A stretch of 30,597 nucleotides of DNA from contig DATFEU010000323.1 in NCBI GenBank assembly GCA_035250725.1, positions 1 to 30,597 of the forward strand. The letters run 5' to 3'. Both the position numbers and the translations under genes were made by a program. Positions 19,805 through 28,699 of this stretch are shown one piece after another. The notes under the pieces were generated by a model that saw nothing but the letters and a program-made list of their open reading frames with translations, searched no databases and was not told the DNA's origin. Within the stretch, counting starts at the first letter, position 1. Every line of letters starts with the position of its first letter. The DNA comes from Actinomycetota bacterium. GTDB taxonomy: Bacteria > Actinomycetota > UBA4738 > HRBIN12.

Positions 19805-21084
19805 AGGAGTTCCTTCAGGTCGAACAGCCACTGGCGGAACTGCTCGAAGAGCTGGAGCACGTACAGACGGAGGGGAGGCGAGACGGCGACGACCGCCGCC
19901 ATCGCCGCGATCGCCGCCGCGACGAGCAGGACGCTTTCGCGCGTGCGGATCCTCGGGGAGTAGACGCGCGAGACGCCCTTCGCGTCCATCAGGATCTCGC
20001 CGACCCGGAGCCGGACGAGGAACGTGCTCGACATGCCATCGCGCCCCTTGTCGAGGAACTCGCGCAGGTTCCCGTGGCTCCCGACCGAGACGATCGTCTC
20101 GGCGCCCTTTTCGTGGGCGAGGAGGAAGGCCACGTCCTCGCTCGTCCCGGCGGCCTCGACGACGCGGAAGGGCACGCCGAGCGCGAGCAGCCGCGCGCGT
20201 CCGGGCGCCCGGCCGTCCTCGTAGGCATGCAGGACGAGCTCGGTGGGGTGCCTGCGGCGGATCCACCGACGTGACGGTGTCCGGCCGAGCGCCAGCGCGG
20301 CATCGGACACGCTGTCCATGTCGCCGAGGATCAGGTGGGGCCGGTACCCGGCCTCGAGCAGCGCATCGGCCCCCCCGTCCACGCCGAGGAGCACGGGCCG
20401 CACGTCGCGGATGTACGGACGCAGGACGGCGAGGTCCTCCTTGTAGTTGTAGCCGCGAACGACGACGAGGACCGGGCGGCCGGCGACGTCGAGGTCCAGC
20501 TCGGGGAGACCGGAGCCGCCGAACAACAGGTCGCGCTCGCGCTGCATGAAGTCGACGGTGTTGCGTGCGAACGACTCGAAGCGCTCCCCCAGCCGCAGCT
20601 GCGCCTCGGCCATCGCCTCCCGCACGGTGGCCTCGCTCTGACGGATCCCCACGCCCACGAGGCGTTCGCCCGCGTAGACGCGGTCGCCGTCGAGCCGGAG
20701 CTCCTCTCCGTCTCGGACCTTGCGCAGCACGAGCTGCCCCACCGAGTCGACGAGCGGGATGCCGGCCTCGACGAGCCGGAGCGGGCCGAGGTTCGGATAG
20801 CGGCCGCTGATCGACCTCGCGCCGTTCACCACCCCGCCGACCCCGGCCTCGATCAGCGATTCGGCCGAGACGCGATCGAGGTCCTCGTGATCGATCACGG
20901 CGATCTCCCCCGGCCGCAGTCGCAGGACCAACCGCTTCGTGCGGCGGTCGACCCGGGCGAGACCGCCCTGGGACCTCTGCCGTCGAAGGGGCCGCCTGAG
21001 CAGGCTCCTCGACCTCGTTCCGGACGTGGGATGACCTCCGTGGCCGCTGACCCGCTCGGCTCCGCGAGCCGGCCTCCGGGCCAA
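19801..21084 (-). CDS. steA: SteA cytokinetic ring protein with thiamine pyrophosphokinase-like domain; start uncertain (TTG 21084 or CTG 21003)
   Basis: ARVDRRTK, AVIDH.DLDRVSAE, SISGRYPNLGP, GVDGGADAL, GDMDSVS, HAY.DGRAPG, GTSED, C-terminal TM segment; follows recN. Confidence 0.88.
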   Translation of the reverse strand: MARRPARGAERVSGHGGHPTSGTRSRSLLRRPLRRQRSQGGLARVDRRTKRLVLRLRPGEIAVIDHEDLDRVSAESLIEAGVGGVVNGARSISGRYPNLGPLRLVEAGIPLVDSVGQLVLRKVRDGEELRLDGDRVYAGERLVGVGIRQSEATVREAMAEAQLRLGERFESFARNTVDFMQRERDLLFGGSGLPELDLDVAGRPVLVVVRGYNYKEDLAVLRPYIRDVRPVLLGVDGGADALLEAGYRPHLILGDMDSVSDAALALGRTPSRRWIRRRHPTELVLHAYEDGRAPGRARLLALGVPFRVVEAAGTSEDVAFLLAHEKGAETIVSVGSHGNLREFLDKGRDGMSSTFLVRLRVGEILMDAKGVSRVYSPRIRTRESVLLVAAAIAAMAAVVAVSPPLRLYVLQLFEQFRQWLFDLKELL

Positions 21085-21114
21085 GGGTAGCCGACGGGCC
21101 CCGGAGCGGGCCGC

Positions 21115-22770
21115 TCAGGAAGCGCCGGCAGCCTTCGCGCGCCCGGCCTCTGCGAGCAGCTCTTCGGCGTGGGCCGCGGCCGATTCGCTCTCGGGCAGGC
21201 CCGCGAGCATCCGCGAGAGCTCCGCGACGCGGGCCTCGTCGTCGAGCACCTCGACGCTCGCGGTCCCGTCGCCCTTGCGGACCCGGACGTGCCGGTCGGC
21301 GAACGACGCGATCTGCGGCAGGTGCGTGACGACGATCACCTGCCGCCGCTCGGCCAGTCGCGCGAGCCTCCGCCCGACCGCCACGCCGGCCCGGCCACCG
21401 ATCCCCGCGTCCACCTCGTCGAAGATCAGCGTCGGCACGTCGTCGAGGTCGAGGAGCACGCTCCGGCAGGCGAGCATCGCGCGCGAGAGCTCCCCGCCGG
21501 AGGCGACCTTGGCCAGCGGGAGCGGGGCCTGGCCCGGGCCGCCCGAGAACACCATCTCGACGCGCTCGGCGCCGCCCGACGTGAGCTCGCTCGTCGCCGC
21601 GAGCTCGACGTCGATCGAGGCCCCCTCCATCCCGAGCTCGGCGAGCTCGCGTCCCAGCGCGGACGAGAGCAGGGGCGCAGCGCGGGACCGGCCTTCGGAG
21701 ACCGCGAGCGCGAGTGCCGCCACCTTCTCCGAACGGCCGCGGACGTCCTGCGACAGCCGGACCCGTTCCTCGCCGGCACCCGCGAGCGCCTCCAGGCTCG
21801 CGCGGGACCGCTCGAGGAACGCAACGACCTCGTCCTCGCCGTCGCCGTACTTCCGTTGGAGTGCGTCGAGCGAGGCGATGCGCTCGCGGACCTGCGCCAG
21901 CCGCGCCGGATCGAGCTCCAGACCCTCGCGGTACCCGCGCACCTCGCGGGCGAGCTCGGCGGCCTCGGCCGAGACCTGCATCGACCGTTCCGCGAGCTCC
22001 TCGGCGCCGCGGTCGACCTCGCCGGCGGACCGGAGCTCCGCGGCCGCTCGGCCGAGTGAATCGATCGTCCCGCCGTCCTCGAGCAGCGAGCGCTCGGCGG
22101 CCGAGGCGCGTTCGAGCAGCCGTTCGGCGTGCGCGAGGCGCGCCTCTTCCACCTCGAGCTCCGCGGTCTCACCCGGACGCGGGGCCGCCCCCTCGATCTC
22201 TCGCACCTGGTAGGCGAGCAGGTCCATCTCGCGCTCGCGATCGCGTTCGCGCTCGTCGAGCTCGGCCAGCGCGACGCGGGCGGCGCGGAGGTCGCGGTGC
22301 TCGCGGCCGAAGGCCCCCACGATCTCCAGGTGCGCGGGACCCGCGAACCGGTCGAGGAACCCCGTCTGCGCGCCCCCTTCCAGCAGGCGCTGTCCGTCGT
22401 GCTGACCGTGGAACTCCACGAGCCCGCCTGCGAGCTGGGTGAGCGCCGAGACCGGCGCGAGCTGCCCGCCGATCCGGGCTGTGCTCCGCCCCTCGACCGT
22501 CACGTTCCGGGCGAGCAGCACCTCGCCGTCCTCCGCCCAGCCTTCGCCGGCATCGGCGGGCGCCACGAAGCGCGCCTGGACACGAGCCGCGCCCGCGCCA
22601 GACCGCACGAGGGATGCGTTGGCGCGGCGCCCCAGCGCGAGCTGCAGGCCTACGGTCACCAGGGTCTTGCCGGTCCCGGTCTCCCCCGTGAGGACGTTGA
22701 GGCCCGGATGCAGCTCCAGATCCAGGTCGTCGATGACGCCGAGGCCGCTGATGTGCAGCTCGCGAAGCAC
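21115..22770 (-). CDS. recN: DNA repair protein RecN, 551 aa
   Basis: LTGETGTGKT Walker A, ASGGELSR signature, LIFDEVDAGIGG, QVIVVTHLPQIA. Confidence 0.97.
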   Translation of the reverse strand: MLRELHISGLGVIDDLDLELHPGLNVLTGETGTGKTLVTVGLQLALGRRANASLVRSGAGAARVQARFVAPADAGEGWAEDGEVLLARNVTVEGRSTARIGGQLAPVSALTQLAGGLVEFHGQHDGQRLLEGGAQTGFLDRFAGPAHLEIVGAFGREHRDLRAARVALAELDERERDREREMDLLAYQVREIEGAAPRPGETAELEVEEARLAHAERLLERASAAERSLLEDGGTIDSLGRAAAELRSAGEVDRGAEELAERSMQVSAEAAELAREVRGYREGLELDPARLAQVRERIASLDALQRKYGDGEDEVVAFLERSRASLEALAGAGEERVRLSQDVRGRSEKVAALALAVSEGRSRAAPLLSSALGRELAELGMEGASIDVELAATSELTSGGAERVEMVFSGGPGQAPLPLAKVASGGELSRAMLACRSVLLDLDDVPTLIFDEVDAGIGGRAGVAVGRRLARLAERRQVIVVTHLPQIASFADRHVRVRKGDGTASVEVLDDEARVAELSRMLAGLPESESAAAHAEELLAEAGRAKAAGAS

Positions 22771-22776
22771 CGCCCG

Positions 22777-22782
22777 ATCCTA
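22777..22782 (-). promoter_or_regulatory. Candidate -10 element TAGGAT, 6 nt before the recN GTG (leaderless arrangement)
   Basis: TAnnnT hexamer overlapping the nadK stop; no SD in the 6-nt spacer. Confidence 0.5.
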
Positions 22783-23613
22783 GCCCGGCCCACCGACCTG
22801 ACCCGGGAGGTCGAACTTGTCCCGAACGAGCTCGAAGAATGGCGGGGCGTCCTCACGCCGGACGAGCTTCGCGGGGGTGGGCGCGCGGCCGATCTCGACG
22901 TGCGCCCCGACCGCGAGCTCGATGCTCTCCCGCCCGTCGGCCGAGAGCAGGCCTGGCTCCTCCCCTACCACCTCGAGACGGACGCGCTGCTCGGCCCCCA
23001 GGACGAGCGAACGATCGAACACCATGTGCGCCGCGATCGGCGTCACGACGATGCTCTCGGCCGACGGCGACACGATCGGTCCCCCGGCGCTGAACGCATA
23101 CGCCGTCGACCCGGTCGGGCTCGCCGAGATCACGCCGTCGGCCGAGAACGTCGTCACGTACGCGTCATCGACGAAGACGGCCAGGCGGAGCAGCCGGTGT
23201 CGCGCGCGCTTCTCGACGAAGACCTCGTTCAGGGCCCACTGGGGCGAGAAGGACGGGCCCTCGGCCAGCACGGCGAGGCGCTCTTCGATCCGAGCGGTCC
23301 CGTTCAGCACCTGCTCGAGCACCGCGGACGCCTGTTCGGGCTCGGCCTCGGTGAGGAACCCCATGCGTCCCACCTTCACCCCGAACACCGGGACGTCCGA
23401 ACGGGACGCGATCAACGCCGCGCGCAGGAAGGTCCCGTCGCCCCCCACCGAGATCACGAGGTCGATGGGCTCGGCGGTCGTTGGCTCGGCCGATCGGTCG
23501 CCGTCCAGCCTCCGCGACGCGATGCCCCGTTCCGAGAGCCACGCCTCGAGCGCCTCCGCCGCGGCGGCGGCGGCCTCTCGGCCGGGGTGCACGACGAACC
23601 CGACCGCGTTCAC
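22780..23613 (-). CDS. nadK: NAD(+)/NADH kinase, 277 aa
   Basis: GTG at 23613 overlaps the tlyA stop; GGDGTFL, GRMGFL, ALNE, DGVI.ASPTGSTAYAFSAGGPI. Confidence 0.96.
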   Translation of the reverse strand: MNAVGFVVHPGREAAAAAAEALEAWLSERGIASRRLDGDRSAEPTTAEPIDLVISVGGDGTFLRAALIASRSDVPVFGVKVGRMGFLTEAEPEQASAVLEQVLNGTARIEERLAVLAEGPSFSPQWALNEVFVEKRARHRLLRLAVFVDDAYVTTFSADGVISASPTGSTAYAFSAGGPIVSPSAESIVVTPIAAHMVFDRSLVLGAEQRVRLEVVGEEPGLLSADGRESIELAVGAHVEIGRAPTPAKLVRREDAPPFFELVRDKFDLPGQVGGPG

Positions 23614-24425
23614 GCGCGCCCCGCGATCTCGAGCCCCGCGGCGACCGCGGCGCCCACGTCGAACTCGGCGCCCGGGGACGGAGCGTCGACGGAGGCCTTC
23701 ACCGCGTGCAGCAGGAACTCGACGTTGCCCGCCGGTCCGCGGACCGGAGACGCCATCACGTCGAGGGGGCGCAGACCCGCCACCCGCGCGGCCTCGGCGA
23801 CGCCGCGGATCGCACCCTCCCAGCGCTCGGGCTCGCGGACGACTCCGCCGGGCCCGACCCCGTCGCGGCCGGCCTCGAACTGCGGCTTGACGAGCAGCAC
23901 GGCGTTCGCCTCCCCCGCCGCCAGCCCCGCGAGCGTCCCGACGACGAGCCGGAGCGAGATGAACGACAGGTCGGCGACCACGATCTCGGGCTCGAACGGC
24001 AACGAATCGGCCCGCAGCTCCCGGACGTTCGTGCGCTCGAGCACGCTCACGCGAGGATCGCCCCGCAGCGACCACGCGAGCTGTCCGTACCCGACGTCCA
24101 CGGCGGCGACGTGGGCGGCGCCGCGTCGCAGCAGACAGTCGGTGAACCCTCCGGTGGACGCGCCGGCGTCCAGCGCGTGCCGGCCCTCGACCGCCACCTC
24201 GAACCGGTTCAACGCGGCATCGAGCTTCTCGCCGCCGCGCGACACGAAGCGACGAGCCGGCGCGACCAGCTCCACGGGTTCCGCCGGGTCGACGAGGGTC
24301 GACGGCTTCCCCGCCGCCCTGCCCCCCACGAACACCAGTCCGTCCCGGACGGCGGCCTGCGCCTCCGTCCGCGATGTCGCGAGGCCGCGGCGCACGAGCT
24401 CGGCGTCGAGCCGGCGGCGCGCCAC
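23610..24425 (-). CDS. tlyA: TlyA family rRNA 2'-O-methyltransferase, 271 aa
   Basis: RRLDAELVRRGLA S4 domain, FVSRGGEKL, DAGASTGGFTD, DVGYGQL, DLSFISL, VKPQFE, GNVEF. Confidence 0.97.
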   Translation of the reverse strand: MARRRLDAELVRRGLATSRTEAQAAVRDGLVFVGGRAAGKPSTLVDPAEPVELVAPARRFVSRGGEKLDAALNRFEVAVEGRHALDAGASTGGFTDCLLRRGAAHVAAVDVGYGQLAWSLRGDPRVSVLERTNVRELRADSLPFEPEIVVADLSFISLRLVVGTLAGLAAGEANAVLLVKPQFEAGRDGVGPGGVVREPERWEGAIRGVAEAARVAGLRPLDVMASPVRGPAGNVEFLLHAVKASVDAPSPGAEFDVGAAVAAGLEIAGRA

Positions 24426-24436
24426 GGCGACCGATC

Positions 24437-24796
24437 TCAGGCCTGTCCGGTCCCGGCCGTCTTGGTGCTCTTGGCCGGGCTCCGCTTCGCGGTGCTGCGC
24501 TTGGCGGCCGTCTTGCCGCTCCCGCGCTCCAGCTCACGGACGCGCTTGCGCAGCGCGTCGAGCTCGTCGCGCGTCGCGACGCCCATCGTCTTCAGCTGCG
24601 AGCTCACCTCGGCGCGCACGAACTCGGTGAGGCGCTCCCGGTTCCGCGTCGACCACTTCAGGATCTCCTGCGCGGCCTTCGTCACCTGCTCCTTGCCCTG
24701 GCCCTGCATCAGCGACTTGGCAAGGTCCTGCGCACCGGTCGCCGTCAGCTTGTCCGTGGCACCGCCGACGGCCTTGCGAACCTCTTTCACGACCAT
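24437..24796 (-). CDS. Small phasin-like helical protein with Lys/Ala-rich tail, 119 aa
   Basis: ATG at 24796 after GAGGAG; GVATRDELDALRKRVRELE coiled coil; tail KTAAKRSTAKRSPAKSTKT. Confidence 0.65.
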   Translation of the reverse strand: MVVKEVRKAVGGATDKLTATGAQDLAKSLMQGQGKEQVTKAAQEILKWSTRNRERLTEFVRAEVSSQLKTMGVATRDELDALRKRVRELERGSGKTAAKRSTAKRSPAKSTKTAGTGQA

Positions 24797-24908
24797 GATC
24801 GTCTCCTCGGGGTCGATGTACGTGCTTGCCTGCAACAGGATACCGCCGCCCGTTCCCCCGCCCCCGGCCGTGGTCACGAACGGCTTCTCAGCCCCGCCGC
24901 CCGAGAAC

Positions 24909-25682
24909 TCATGCGAGGAGTGCGGAGACGTCCGGCGCGACGTGGGTCGGGCGGACGTCGGAGCCGTCCAGTTCTCGGGCACCGGTGACGCCGCTCAGCA
25001 CGAGCAGGGAATCCCAGCCGAGCCGGTTCGCGCCCTCGATGTCGGTATCGAGCCGGTCGCCCACCACGAGCGGCCGCTCGCCGCCCGCCCGGCGCAGGGC
25101 GGCCGCGAACAACGGGGCGAACGGCTTGCCCACGACCTCCGCCTCCCGGCCGGTCGCGGCGGCGATCGCCGCCACGAGCGATCCGGCGCCCGGCCAGACG
25201 AGCCCGCCGGGCGCCGGGTAGGTGACGTCGGAGTTCGTCGCCACGAAGCCCGCCCCGCTCTGGATCAGCACGCAGGCCGTCCGCAGCTTCGCGTAGGTGA
25301 ACCCCTCGTCGATCCCGACCACGACGAGATCCGCCCCCGGCGCGTCGCCGTCGACGAGCCGGAGACCCTCGCCAGCGAGCGCCTGCACGACCCCTTCGCC
25401 CCCGATCGCGTACACGGAGCCGCCGCCACGAGCCGCCAGGAGCTCGGCGGTCGCCTGCGCCGACGTCACGACCTCGGACCCATCGGCCCCGATCCCGAGC
25501 CCGCCGAGCTTGCTCGCAACCTGCTCCGGGGTCCGGGACGAGTTGTTGGTGAAGAACACGAGCCGAGCGCCGCGTCCACGGAGCGCCTCGAGCGTCTCGC
25601 GGGCACCCGGCACCGCCTCGTCGCCGCGGAACAGGACGCCGTCCAGGTCGAACAGGAGACAGTCGTATCCATCGGCCAGCAT
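24909..25682 (-). CDS. HAD-IIA (NagD-like) phosphatase, 257 aa
   Basis: FDLDGVL, FTNNSSR, ATNSD, GKP, VGDRLDTDI, VLSGVT. Confidence 0.94.
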   Translation of the reverse strand: MLADGYDCLLFDLDGVLFRGDEAVPGARETLEALRGRGARLVFFTNNSSRTPEQVASKLGGLGIGADGSEVVTSAQATAELLAARGGGSVYAIGGEGVVQALAGEGLRLVDGDAPGADLVVVGIDEGFTYAKLRTACVLIQSGAGFVATNSDVTYPAPGGLVWPGAGSLVAAIAAATGREAEVVGKPFAPLFAAALRRAGGERPLVVGDRLDTDIEGANRLGWDSLLVLSGVTGARELDGSDVRPTHVAPDVSALLA

Positions 25683-26068
25683 CAGCCGGCGATCCTGCTG
25701 AGGGCTTCCTCGTAGTGCTCGATGCCCGGCCGCATCGCGATCGCCAGCTTGAGGTGCCCGATCGCGCGCGAACGCTGCCCGGTCCGCTCGCAGGCGAGGG
25801 CGAGGCCGAAGTGCGCGTAGTCATTCACCGGGTCGATCTGCAGGGCCTTGGCGAACTCGCGCCGGGCGGAGTGCGCGCGCCCCGACATGAACAACGCCCG
25901 GCCGAGCGCTTCGCGGATCGACCCCTTCTCGGGCTCGATCATCTTGGCGCGGCCGAGCAGCATGGCCGCCTGATGCGGGTGGCCCTCGCGGAGGAACCCC
26001 ATGCCCCGGGAGAACAGGTCGTAGGCGCCCTCGGGCCCGCGGGACCCCGTCGTGTGACTGCTATACAT
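25682..26068 (-). CDS. Tetratricopeptide-repeat protein, 128 aa
   Basis: TPR-like helices (IREALGRALF, AHFGLALAC, A.GHLKLA); stop overlaps the HAD start. Confidence 0.8.
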   Translation of the reverse strand: MYSSHTTGSRGPEGAYDLFSRGMGFLREGHPHQAAMLLGRAKMIEPEKGSIREALGRALFMSGRAHSARREFAKALQIDPVNDYAHFGLALACERTGQRSRAIGHLKLAIAMRPGIEHYEEALSRIAG

Positions 26069-26073
26069 GGCGC

Positions 26074-27240
26074 GTGTCCCGCGTGTCGCCCTTCGAGGGC
26101 CTGATCTTCGATCGTTCCGTCGTCGGCTCGTACGACCTCGTCACGACCCCTCCGTACGACGTCATCTCCGACACCGAGCGCCGGCGGTTCATGGAGGCGA
26201 GCCCATTCAACGTGATCCGGCTCGAACTCGGCTCCGACGATGACGCCGTCGACCCGGGCGACCAGTATAGGCACGCCGGTGAGCTGCTCCGGTCATGGCG
26301 TGCGGACGGCGCACTCGTTCCGACCGGGAGGCCGTCGTACTACCCGTACGAGATGCGCTTCTCCCTCCACGGCCGCCACCGGGCGATCCGTGCGCTCATC
26401 TGCGCGGTCGAGCTCGAGGACTGGGGAGGCTCGATCGTCCCCCACGAGCGGACGATGGAGGGGCCGATCGAGGACCGGCTGCGGCTGATGCGCGAGGTGC
26501 GAGCGAACCTCTCGAGCATCCACGCGCTGTTCCGGGGGCCGAACGACACGCTGGCGTCCTTCCTCGACGGCGTCTCCGCGGAGGAGCCGGCGGCGGTCAC
26601 CGTCGACGAGTCGGGCGTGGAGCACCGGATCTGGATCGCTCCTCCCGAACCCGAGGTCGCGACCTGGCTCGCGCCCGAGTCCCTGATGATCGCGGACGGC
26701 CACCACCGGTACTCGATGGCGCTTCGATACCGAGACGAGATGCGCGACCGGCACGGCCCCGGCTCGTGGGATCACGCGATGATGCTCGTCGCCGACTCAG
26801 CGGTGCAGGAGCCGCCCGTGCTCCCGTTCCACCGGCTCCAGATGGGCGGACGGTTCGAGGCGCACGGCGCCCGCGTTCGCGACCTGGCCGAAGTGCTCGA
26901 GACCGTGAGCGACGAGCGCCTCGTCTACGGGACCGCCACGCTCGAGGACGGCGTGCTCGTGCATCGCGTCGCCGAGCTCGACGGTGAACCGCCGACCGTG
27001 GTCGCGCTCCACGAACAGGAGCTCGCCGGCGTCGGCGACCACCTTCGCTACACGGCCGACGTCGCCGCTGCCGAGGAGGCCGTCCACACCGGCGAGGCGG
27101 TCGGCGCCTACTTCCTGCCACCCACGGACGCGACGCGGATCCGGGCCGTCATCGACCGCGGGGAGCGGTTGCCGCCCAAATCGACGTTCTTCTGGCCGAA
27201 GCCGCGCAGCGGTCTCGTGATCAGACCGCTCGACCCCTGA
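26074..27240 (+). CDS. DUF1015 family protein (ParB/Srx-like core), 388 aa
   Basis: V.PF.GL, PPYDVIS, PHERT, IADGHHRY, KSTFFWPKP.SGL. Confidence 0.88.
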   Translation: MSRVSPFEGLIFDRSVVGSYDLVTTPPYDVISDTERRRFMEASPFNVIRLELGSDDDAVDPGDQYRHAGELLRSWRADGALVPTGRPSYYPYEMRFSLHGRHRAIRALICAVELEDWGGSIVPHERTMEGPIEDRLRLMREVRANLSSIHALFRGPNDTLASFLDGVSAEEPAAVTVDESGVEHRIWIAPPEPEVATWLAPESLMIADGHHRYSMALRYRDEMRDRHGPGSWDHAMMLVADSAVQEPPVLPFHRLQMGGRFEAHGARVRDLAEVLETVSDERLVYGTATLEDGVLVHRVAELDGEPPTVVALHEQELAGVGDHLRYTADVAAAEEAVHTGEAVGAYFLPPTDATRIRAVIDRGERLPPKSTFFWPKPRSGLVIRPLDP

Positions 27241-27282
27241 TCCTCAGTGCGGCAGCTCGTCATGCGTCTGCCACCCGACACT

Positions 27283-27603
27283 TCAGTCGCTCTGCGGCGG
27301 CACCTCGAGCTTCTTCAGCCCCGCGGCGACCACCTCGGTGAGGCTCCTCGCCCCGGCTCCGCTCCGGTAGAACCGACGGACGAGCGTGCCGTAGACCAGC
27401 ACGTCGTCGCCCTTGCCGATCCCCTTCAGGGCTCGCTTGCCGACGTCGCGGTGCCACGCGGCGACCGGCAGGGGGAGGAGGCGCTTGCCCGCCTCCGGAA
27501 CGGAGAGTCTGATCTCGGTGACCTCGTCGCCCGACGGCATCCGACGTTCGACCGGATCCGCGGCGACGGTGCCGGCGAGCACGACGACGTTGACCGTCAC
27601 CAT
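27283..27603 (-). CDS. Single-stranded DNA-binding protein, OB fold only, 106 aa
   Basis: NVVVLAGTV..DP..R..PSG, V.AW, GD.VLV.G.L..R; no acidic C-terminal tail. Confidence 0.75.
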   Translation of the reverse strand: MVTVNVVVLAGTVAADPVERRMPSGDEVTEIRLSVPEAGKRLLPLPVAAWHRDVGKRALKGIGKGDDVLVYGTLVRRFYRSGAGARSLTEVVAAGLKKLEVPPQSD

Positions 27604-27691
27604 GCGTTCTTCTTCGACATCCGCGACTCCCCCCTCCGAGCGGACCGTAGCACCGCCCGCCGACACACCCATGACCCGTAGACTCGCGTCC

Positions 27692-28681
27692 GTGGGACCT
27701 GTCGTCTTCGACGTCGCGCCAGGGATCACCGCGATCGACACGTTCTTCGGCGGCCGCGAACGCTACACGGCGGCGTACCTGCTGAACGCCGACGAGCCGG
27801 CGATCGTCGAGACCGGGCCAACGACCTCGTTCGAAGCCGTCGTCGCGGGCCTCGGGAGGCTCGGCATCGGTCCCGGGAGTCTCGCCCACGTCGTCGTCAC
27901 CCACATCCACCTCGATCACGCGGGGGGCGTCGGTCGCATCGCCGAGCGGTTTCCGGGCGCGGCCGTCTGGGTACACGAGCGCGGCGCGCGGCATCTCGCC
28001 GACCCGTCGAGGCTGATCGACAGTGCGACCCGCATCTACGGACGGGAGCTTCTCTCGTCCCTGTTCGGAGCCGTCGAACCGGTTGTGCCACAACGGATCC
28101 GGGCCGTCGACGACGGATCCGTCATCGACCTCGGCGGCCGGACGCTCGAGGTGATGGCCACGCCGGGCCACGCCAAACACCACATCGCGCTCGTCGACTC
28201 GGCTACGGGCGCCGTGCTCACGGGCGACGCGCTCGGGATCCATCCCCCGGACGCGCAGGTGCTCCGGCCCGCCACCCCTCCCCCCGACTACGATCTCGAG
28301 CTCGCGCTCTCGTCGATCCGGACGATCCGCGAGCGCGCACGCGGCTCGATGGTGCTCTTCTCACACTTCGGACCGGTGGAGGAGGTGGACCGGATCTGCG
28401 AGCTCGCCGAGCGACGGTTCCGCTCGTGGACCGAGACCGTCGGCCGCGAGCTGGAGGACACCGACGACCTCGACGAGATCGTTCGGGTCCTCGAACGCGT
28501 CGCGCGCGAGGACACGGAGACGGGAGCCGAGGCGACGCTCGACCTCCAGCGGATGGAGACCCTGTCGAGCGTCCGGATGAACGCGATGGGGATCATGCGC
28601 TACTGGCAGCTCCGCAGGCAGCGCCAGGAGGACGAGGGCTCGAGAGATGACGCGGATGCGGGCGCGGAGCGCGAGCGGTAG
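27692..28681 (+). CDS. Metallo-beta-lactamase-fold hydrolase, 329 aa (alternative ATG at 27671)
   Basis: THIHLDHAGG, TPGHAKHH, TGDALG, FSHFG; TAGACT 7 nt before GTG 27692. Confidence 0.88.
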   Translation: MGPVVFDVAPGITAIDTFFGGRERYTAAYLLNADEPAIVETGPTTSFEAVVAGLGRLGIGPGSLAHVVVTHIHLDHAGGVGRIAERFPGAAVWVHERGARHLADPSRLIDSATRIYGRELLSSLFGAVEPVVPQRIRAVDDGSVIDLGGRTLEVMATPGHAKHHIALVDSATGAVLTGDALGIHPPDAQVLRPATPPPDYDLELALSSIRTIRERARGSMVLFSHFGPVEEVDRICELAERRFRSWTETVGRELEDTDDLDEIVRVLERVAREDTETGAEATLDLQRMETLSSVRMNAMGIMRYWQLRRQRQEDEGSRDDADAGAERER

Positions 28682-28699
28682 CCTGCGGACAGGGGTCGC

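Noticed and set aside
24843-24872. G-run cluster on the minus strand upstream of TATCCT (possible G-quadruplex)
   Set aside because: Only three runs of three or more G, which is expected by chance at this GC content.
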